Shown one piece after another: positions 55,396 to 64,000 of a stretch of DNA of 64,000 nucleotides; the stretch's first letter is position 1, and every line of letters begins with the position of its first letter. A program made the position numbers and the translations under genes. The stretch comes from Eledone cirrhosa (taxonomy: Eukaryota), in contig OZ024750.1 in the NCBI GenBank assembly GCA_964016885.1, positions 16,058,001-16,122,000 on the forward strand. The letters run 5' to 3'. The notes under the pieces are model-generated. The model was not told where the DNA came from. It saw only the letters and a program-made list of their open reading frames with translations, and did no database searches.

Positions 55396-55474
55396 GTTTA
55401 TATAGATATATATATATAACAGAGTTTATTCAGCTGTAGAAATGAGATGAGAGGGACTGGGTTCCCTATCATTC

Positions 55475-55640
55475 CACTGCAAAGTGGTCGTCGAGGTGCC
55501 ATGGCAAAAAAGCACCCAGCACTCACTGTAAATGAGGTTGGTGTTAGGAAGGGCATCCAGCTGTAGAAATCAAGCCAGAATCAATTCCCGTCCCACCCTT
55601 GCAAGCAGGAAAAAGCGGACGTAAAATGATGATGATGATA
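55475..55640 (+). mobile_element. SINE-like family D with RTE 3' end
   Basis: Near-identical to 11030-11180. Confidence 0.8.
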
Positions 55641-56986
55641 TGGAAAAAGTTGAAAATGGATTTGGGAATGGTTCAGTGATATTTAACTCATAATATATTA
55701 ACAATGGTGCTAGGTGCAAGCATGGCTGTGCAAGTTAAATTCAATAACTTTAATCAACACATAGTGAGAGCAGCTTATTTAGTTGTATGGGATAGGATAT
55801 AGCTAGAAGGTGAAAAGCAGATGGGTGGCTCTTTAAGAAAAAGTAGGTCATTGGTTGGTTCAGTCACAAAAACACACGTAAAAAAAACCCCACAAAATAA
55901 AAGAAAACAACAACAAAAAAAAAAAACCCAGCAAAACAAGACAAAAGAAAAAATGTGCAAAACAACTTTGGTTACACTTAGTGAAAAGCTTAACTTTTTA
56001 ATGTGGCTTATATTTATTGGAGGTAACTTGCAGCATGAGCAGTCATGCTCTCATAAACAAAAGTTTTAATTCCGTACAGAAGGTTTGTTGTAAACAGTTA
56101 CTGGTTTCTGCTTATGAAACATATTGTCATTGTTTAGCACCAGGTCAAGCCAAATTAAAGAAAGTATATTATCACAAATACAATTTAGTTGTGCCCATTA
56201 ATCTTATTTGCACCTAGAACTACTGGAGCAACATGAAATGAATTGCTTTTCTCAATAACACAATACACAACTTAGATCAGGAATTGAACCCATGACATTA
56301 TGATCAAAAGTCCAACACTCTTACTACTAGGCCACACACCTTTATTTATAATGTTGGATCACCAATACTGGAAAGGTTGCTGTACTCTTGACACAACTGA
56401 AGACTCCTGTCAACCCTTTATGGCACGGGTTCTCCAGCTGGATGCTCTTCTTATCCCTAACTACCTTCCAGGGTGTACTGCATGTGTGTTTCATAGCATC
56501 AACCCTAAATAGATTGCAATGTTGTGACTGGAGTGTCCTCTCAACTCTTTTTCACATGGTTTCTATGGCTGGAAGCCTGTCCTATGAACAACCACTTAAC
56601 TGCACCCAGTGCACTATTATCATGTAGATCTCCAACACTAGAGAACGAGTTATGGTTTTTGAAACAATATATAATGGTTCTGCAATAAAATAAATTTGTG
56701 AATCAGTCTAGAGCAATGTTTTCAAAGATGGGTGCCAAGGAATCCTAGGCTATCATGAACAAATTCAAGGATCCGGTGAGATAAGGGTTCCACAAAATAA
56801 GGTGTCTCTTAATAAAATTTGATAAAAATTTATTTATATGTTACTTTTTACAAATATAAATTCTTTCCTTGAAAAAAATATTTGCTTTGTTTAATGTCTT
56901 TAACTCTTCAATTAATTCATTATTTCATTAATAAAACAGAAACTTAACATATGGCTCTCATAGAAAAATATGTCAGACGATTTAAT

Positions 56987-57198
56987 TTAACCCTTTAACA
57001 TTTAAACCGGCCGGAATTCTCTTAACTCTTTCTGTTCAAACTGGCCATAACTGACCAGTCATACTAACATTAAGGCATTTTTCACAAAATAAATAACATC
57101 AAAATCTCATAGATTCGGTATTATGTGAGATTATTATGTAAGATAAAGCCTTTACCACAAAAATACAATAGTATATATAGAGTAATGTAAATGCTAAA
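56987..57198 (-). mobile_element. MITE family B (reverse)
   Basis: Family B body. Confidence 0.7.
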
Positions 57199-58234
57199 GT
57201 AGGAACACTTCAAAATTTGTGGGTTTTTGTTTTCCTTTTTCATAGAACCTAATCCAGTTTTAATTGGGGCACTAACAAAAGGATTAATGAAATGCTCAGC
57301 CACTTACATATAGGCTGTTCTACTGATGGAACAGCTGAAATACACATTGTCAAACCTGATAGAGGTTCATTCCATTCAACATCTTCCCTTTTGCAGTTCA
57401 AGGTGAGAAATATTACCAGAGATCATTCTAGAATAACTTTGATGAAGACCTTCAAGGTTTTCAAACTAAGATGTGAAAACATTATATAAACAAATGAACT
57501 GTACTTAGGAACGTCTTAGGTGTTGGCAGGTGTAGATATGAAATTTACACAACACCCACTGCAATAATTGGCAACTGGCTTGCACTAGAGTTGGTCACTT
57601 TGAGAGGGATTTTTATACATCTATATAAGTGCACAAATACATATATATATATATTATCATCATTTAAAGCAATCATGGAGAAATGACTGTAAATGATTAT
57701 ATCTGTGTGTGTGTCTGTATGTATGTATATATAAAGCTTGAAAGCTTTACATATATATGTTGAGGCATTTTATGTGTGAATAATCACCATCAATTTTACG
57801 TAGGCTTTTCCATGATATAGGTTGGACAGCTTTACACATACCTATATATATACACACACACACACACATACATTCATACATACATCTGTGGATGTGTGGG
57901 CATATGTGTGTGTGTCTATGCAAAGCAAACCAGTAAACTTTGAACTGCTATATAAATTGAAATAAATGAGGTTCTTAACAGAAGGAATACACACACACAA
58001 ACATACATATACATACACACACACAAACATACATATACAAACACACACATATAAAACTGTTAAGGAAATACGAACTCATAGAAAGATGTGTATTTTTGTA
58101 ACTTTTCTGTTAATTTGTGTTTCAATAAACGGTTGCTATGGTTATACAGCAGTCACTTGACACCAACCAAGTTTGGTATTTAAAAAGACCTTCTGAATAT
58201 AATTGATTATGTTAAAAAAGGAAAAAGGAAAGAA

Positions 58235-59645
58235 GCTGATCATCAGATCAGACCAAGAAAATTATGTTTCCATTGGTCTTTCCATTACTGATACTATTTG
58301 TCTTGTTACAACTCCTGCTAGAAGAAAGCAGTTAATAGTCACATTGGACCAAGGAAACAATGTTTCCAATGATCTTTTCATTACTTTTACTAGCTGTCAG
58401 TTGCAATTCTTAGGAGGAGAAAGCAGCCAATCATCAGATTGACCCAAGGAAACAATGATTCCATTGGTCTTTCCATTACTGATACTATCTGTTGGTTGCA
58501 ATTCCTGGCAAAAGAAAGGAGCTGATTGTCAGATTGAACCAAGGAAAATGTTTCCATTGGTCTTTCCATTACTGATACTATCTGTTGGTTGCAATTCCTG
58601 GCAAAAGAAAGGAGCTGATTGTCAGATTGAACCAAGGAAACAATGTTTCCATTGGTCTTTCCATTACTGATACTATCTGTTGGTTGCAATTCCTGACAAA
58701 AGAAAGGAGCTGATTGTCAGATTGAACCAAGGTAACAATGTTTCCATTGGTCTTTCCATTACTGATACTATCTGTTGGTTGCAATTCCTGACAAAAGAAA
58801 GGAGCTGATTGTCAGATTGAACCAAGGTAAAGGATAATTAACGATTGTCGATGAATGGACAATACATCGTTTCTCTTTGTAGAAATAAATGACTCCAGAA
58901 GGGGGGTGAACAGTAAAAAATCAACGATCCTTTATTAAATGCGACATTTAATAAATTATGTACAATGTCAATTCAAACATACCTTGTGGGTTAATTGAAG
59001 TAGTGTAATTATATTCTCCGGTGCAGGAATAACGAAGGAATAAGCGAATGCATATTAGTCGAGATATCGTGGCGTCCTTGATCCGAAGGAAGGCATTTTC
59101 ACATAGTCCCACACGAAGCCAGCATGGTCAATATTTTTGAGGAGCGAATCCTTTCACGTCTGTTCATGTCCGCGGTCAGAAAGAGAGTGAGCAAACCCGC
59201 GTCTGTGACCGGATGTATATTGCCTCCGCTCTCTGAAGAGTTGTTAAGGGGAGGCAACTGCTAGTTGCTAAGCGACCATCTCAGTCACTACAAAGGAAAC
59301 AATGTTTCCATTGGTCTTTCCATTACTGATACTATCTGTTGGTCACAACTCCAGGCAAAAGAAAGGAGCTGATTGTCAGATTGAACCAATGAAACAATGT
59401 TTCCATTGGTCTTTCCATTACTGATACTATCTGTTGGTTGCAACTCCTGGCAAAGAAAGGAACTAATAGTAAGATTGACCCAAGGAAAATGATTCCACTG
59501 GTCTTTCCATTACTGATACTACCTGTTAGTTGCAACTCCTGGCAAAAGAAAGGAGCTGATTGTCAGATTGACCCAAAGAAACAATGATTCTATTGGTCTT
59601 TCAATTGCAGATATTACCTGTTGGTCACAACTCTTGGCAGAAGGA
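58235..59645. repeat. 95-bp tandem array (~10 units) interrupted by an insertion
   Basis: attggtctttccattactgatactatctg variants at 58272, 58368, 58463, 58556, 58651, 58746, resuming after 59293. Confidence 0.9.
58828..59292 (-). mobile_element. Probable solo LTR (~465 bp) with 4-bp TSD aagg
   Basis: Minus strand starts TGTAGTG, has a TATA-like motif and AATAAA, ends ...ccttta; aagg on both sides. Confidence 0.65.
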
Positions 59646-59996
59646 AGTGGAGTCAGATGAGATATTGCAAAGCATTTTGTCTAACAAGATCAAATTTTCT
59701 TTATTTACTTTGGACCTGTGCTTTACAAACTAAAGTAAAATATACCAATGTGTCTTTGGTACAGAAGGGGTAGCAGGTAAAAGATGTATTAGTATGTGTT
59801 TGGTACAAAAGGGGTGGAAAGTAAATGATGTGCAAGTATATTTTTGGCAGTGAAAGAGTTAATACTAGATAATTTTAGTTGAGTTATCTTCTGTAATAAC
59901 AACTTTAATCCTTCCAACTATCAACCATATTGCTAGTCTATTTGTGTGCTACGCAATGTAATGAGTTTCAGGAAAACAAGTTTATGTGTGTATATG

Positions 59997-60032
<36 letters not shown>

Positions 60033-60068
60033 GGTTGAGAAGGAGAAGAAAGAGACTGTGTGGTGTGT

Positions 60069-60103
<35 letters not shown>

Positions 60104-60455
60104 GAGTAAACAAATACCATAGCAAACAACACAGTACATTAAAGAAAGAGGAAACTATGACTGCATCATTGAAGCTGGTATTCTAATGCTGCAAATTTTC
60201 CCAACAATCTGACCACGAGTAAAGATAAATTAAAGTCTTTACTCTTACACTACACATTTTCACAATGATTTGCCCTTTACTAAAGATATAAATATTTGAA
60301 TTAACAAACCCTTTTTAGATATTTTCTGCTAAATCGTTATAGGATGTTAAGAGTTGATACTACAAATTTTCACATTGCTCTGTCCATTATTAGAGATACT
60401 ATAAGCATTTGAATTAACAAACCTTTTTTTTTTTATAGATATTTTTTGCTAAACT

Positions 60456-60488
<33 letters not shown>

Positions 60489-60735
60489 TGGTGGCCTCAA
60501 CCGAAATGGACTCAACAATTGATCTCCACGTGGGTCTGTCGTTCATTGCTGTTGCCAAGTCCTGGATTTCAATACCAGAATCTCTTGAGATGACATCGGA
60601 GTAGGAGAGATTGCGCCCCCTGTTATTAGTATCTGTTTGTGGTTTCCAAAGCACTAATGGGGACACAGCCTCGTAGGTGGCACGAAAGCATTAGCCAGCA
60701 AATCTTACTCTCCTCTTACGTACAATGACATATGC
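60456..60735 (-). mobile_element. RTE-like LINE 3' end with (TGA)n tail
   Basis: RRVRFAG...LVLWKP...DLATAMNDRPTWRSIV-stop then tgatgatga. Confidence 0.75.
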
Positions 60736-61579
60736 GTGGGAGGCTGGCATATATTTCTCTCAAAGGCAGATGTTGCCAGCTTATGTTCTGAATGTGTTGA
60801 AGCAGGCGAGTGTAAGTGCCATCAAGGTGCTTTTGTTGTTTGGATTAAAGTGTCCATGTTTCACTTCCATATATTGTAGGATGTTAAGAGTTAAAGTCAG
60901 TGGACTGTAACAACCACTGTAGGAGGTATATTTTGTCTTATGATCTTTCAACTCTGTCAGTTGACCTGTATGCACTTCAAAGAGGAACATTAACACTAAA
61001 ATCACAATTCAAGATAATTTTATCTATCGTTATCTCACTCCAGAAAATCAACAGTAATACCACAAATAAGAAAGAAAAAAAAACCCCACCTAATTTTCAA
61101 AACAAACACTGAACTTCAAAAGCATTAATTAAATTACACACAATTAAACACATAAATACATTGGTTCTGTATGAGCAAGACATGGTCACCTGACCTGGCA
61201 TTGCTCACAAGAGGATAACTCGTCTAACCCAAGCCAGCATGGAAAAATGGACGTTAAATGGAGATGATTATGATGATATACACACATATATATATATATA
61301 TATATATGTGTGTACATGTGCACTTAGAGTGTTGGAGCATGCATGAGCAAGATACAGACACACATATACACACACATATATAATAATACACACACAAATA
61401 TAATAACACAAACATATACACACACATATATAATAATACACTCATATATAATAACACAAACATATACACACACACACATATAAACAGATACAGCTGTCAA
61501 GATTGCTCTAATTTACAAAACATTTAAACTTGACTTTATTAGAGTAAAGTCTAACAATCTAATTGTTCCACCAATAACA

Positions 61580-61952
61580 CATGCATACACACCTCACCCC
61601 AACACACCATACACACACACACCATACGCACACACACCTCACCCCAACATACCTTACATACATACACCTCCCCAACACACCATATGCATACACATCTCAC
61701 CCCAACACACCATACGCATACACACCTCACCCCAACACACCATGCACACACACACCACACCATACACACCTCACCCCAACACACCATACACCCCCCCCCC
61801 CAACACTCCATACGCACACACACACATCTCACGCCAACACACCATACACACCTCCCCCCCCCAACACACCGTACGCACACACACCCATATATGCACACAC
61901 ACACCTCACGCCAACACACCATATACACACACACTCCTCACCCCAACACACT
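61580..61952. repeat. ~30-bp CA-rich minisatellite
   Basis: cacacctcaccccaacacaccata repeated. Confidence 0.85.
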
Positions 61953-62149
61953 GAATCTCCCTGAGTATTATGTTAAGGATGCGCAACATATTTGTGAAAT
62001 GCGCAGCCACTTACAAGTTAATTTCATGAATAAGCACTTCTGATTGAAACTGGAATACTCCTCATTGGAAACTGGCATCCCACATATACAGGATATAGTA
62101 AACAGGAATGAAGTCAAGGCTCCACCATAAATGAACTTCATTGCATATT

Positions 62150-62380
62150 GGGTAAAGAAGTGCCAAGAAATCCCAGTTGAAGGAAGGGCGCAGTAGATGA
62201 AGACCACGATAAACATGGGCGGAGGTGGTGAGCGCAGACCTCAGATCACTGAAGCTCACAGAGGAGATGACGAAAGACTGTGACAAGTGGAGAGATGCTG
62301 TGCTGAATAGGACCCATCCCACCCTTGCAAGCAAGGAAAAGCGGACGTAAAATGATGATGGTGATGATGATGATGATGAC
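62150..62380 (+). mobile_element. RTE-type LINE 3' end
   Basis: Homologous to 50695-50885. Confidence 0.75.
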
Positions 62381-62469
62381 AATTGTTTTGATATTGAACC
62401 ATGAAAAACTTGCCAATCAATGTTGAGAGAGAGGACTCTTCAATTGTTTTAAGTGCACGACAACCATCC

Positions 62470-62692
62470 TAATGCTGGTGCCTCGATAAAGTGCACCCAG
62501 TGCCCACTGTAAATTGTAGGAATATATACATATGAAGTAATTGGCATTAATCAAGGCATCCAGCCATAGAAGTCATGCCAAACTGGAACATATGAACAAG
62601 ATACAGTCGTCTGACCTGTCTGTCTAGTCTCTGTGTGACAACCTGTTTAATCCATGCAAGCATGGAAAATAGATGTATAATGATGATGATAT
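62470..62692 (+). mobile_element. SINE-like family D (old copy)
   Basis: gcacccag..ggcatccagcc..ccatgcaagcatggaaaa..gatgat. Confidence 0.6.
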
Positions 62693-62837
62693 AATCCAGA
62701 CACACACACATGTGTGGAGAGAAGCAGTTCTCTTTTCAAACATATCATGTGGAAAACACGAGTACAACTTCTTTTTAAAACAAAATTCCATGAAGCTTTT
62801 CAAGTAACACAAATTGTATTTGTGTTTCTAATCTTGT

Positions 62838-63365
62838 ACTACTACTACTAACACCATCACCACCACTACTATTGCTGCCACCACTACTACTAACGCTACC
62901 ACCTGCACTACTACAACTATTACTACTACCACCACCACCACCATTATATCCAGTACTACTATCACCACCACCACCACTTGCACAACTTCTACTACCATCA
63001 CCAACACCACCATATCCACCACTACCACCACCACCATGTCCACCACTACTACTACCACCACCACCATGTCCACCACTACCACCACCAAGTCCACCACTAC
63101 TACTACCACCACCACCACCATGTCCACCACTACCACCACTACTACTACCACTAAATCCACTACTATTATCACCACCACCACCTACACAACTACTACTACT
63201 ACCAACACCACTATATCCACTACTAGTGTCACCACTACCACCACCACCACAACTACTTCCATTCCCACCACCACCATATCCACTACTACTATCACCACCA
63301 CCACTATATCCACCACCACCATATCCACTACTACTATCACCACCACCACCACCACTAATACAACA
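62838..63365. repeat. CAC/CTA trinucleotide-rich tract
   Basis: Poly-G/P/T ORFs are artefacts. Confidence 0.85.
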
Positions 63366-63628
63366 ATAACTACCAAACAAAATATCTGTTTCATCACTCA
63401 TTAGCAAAACTTTTTTTAATTCATACACGGCTTTGTTTTCTTTGTTTTAATCACATATTCTATTTGCCAAATTGATGTCAAAGGTCATGCTGTTATAATG
63501 CTTCAAAAGTTACCACCATCTCATGGCTTATTCACCAGAAGATACCACTGGCCTTTTCAATCAAAATTATCTTAAAATGTTAGTCCTCTTTGTTCATCTT
63601 GCTTTACTATCAACTCGTAGCTACGGTC

Positions 63629-64000
63629 CAGCTCCTAGTTAGCGCCCAGCTCCTAGTTAGCGCCCAGCTCCTAGTTAGCGCCCAGCTCCTAGTTAGCGCC
63701 CAGCTCCTAGTTAGCGCCCAGCTCCTAGTTAGCGCCCAGCTCCTAGTTAGCGCCCAGCTCCTAGTTAGCGCCCAGCTCCTAGTTAGCGCCCAGCTCCTAG
63801 TTAGCGCCCAGCTCCTAGTTAGCGCCCAGCTCCTAGTTAGCGCCCAGCTCCTAGTTAGCGCCCAGCTCCTAGTTAGCGCCCAGCTCCTAGTTAGCGCCCA
63901 GCTCCTAGTTAGCATCCAGCTCCTAGTTAGCATCCAGCTCCTAGTTAGCATCCAGCTCCTAGTTAGGGTCAGCTCCTAGTTAGGGTCAGCTCCTAGTTAG
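63629..64000. repeat. 18-bp tandem array cagctcctagttagcgcc, ~20 copies, runs off the window
   Basis: Perfect repeats; variants ttagcatc then ttagggtc at the end. Confidence 0.95.

Noticed and set aside
62775-63428. Gly-rich and Pro-rich ORFs
   Set aside because: CAC/CTA low-complexity tract like those at 1-1150

Overview
AT-rich metazoan non-coding DNA, dominated by microsatellites and dispersed repeats. The SINE/RTE families with (GAT)n tails suggest an octopus or other cephalopod (inference from repeat style). No intact protein-coding gene is supported: the long ORFs are translations of simple or tandem repeats, and the protein-like ones are decayed transposon fragments (RTE LINEs, a CRE-like endonuclease C-terminus, an Ingi/Vingi-like zinc knuckle, a mariner). 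Main signals: (1) two minus-strand AG|GTRAGT sites 28.6 kb apart, each with a strong polypyrimidine tract and a second donor about 60 nt downstream, which look like recursive splice sites in a giant intron; (2) several fold-back elements next to (TA)n tracts that carry type I hammerhead ribozyme motifs, often one on each strand, probably Penelope-like remnants; (3) three tandem arrays (48, 73 and 95 bp units) seeded from internal SINE segments, one interrupted by a probable solo LTR; (4) an 18-bp terminal array drifting towards TTAGGG. Coordinates were read by eye; repeat boundaries are approximate.
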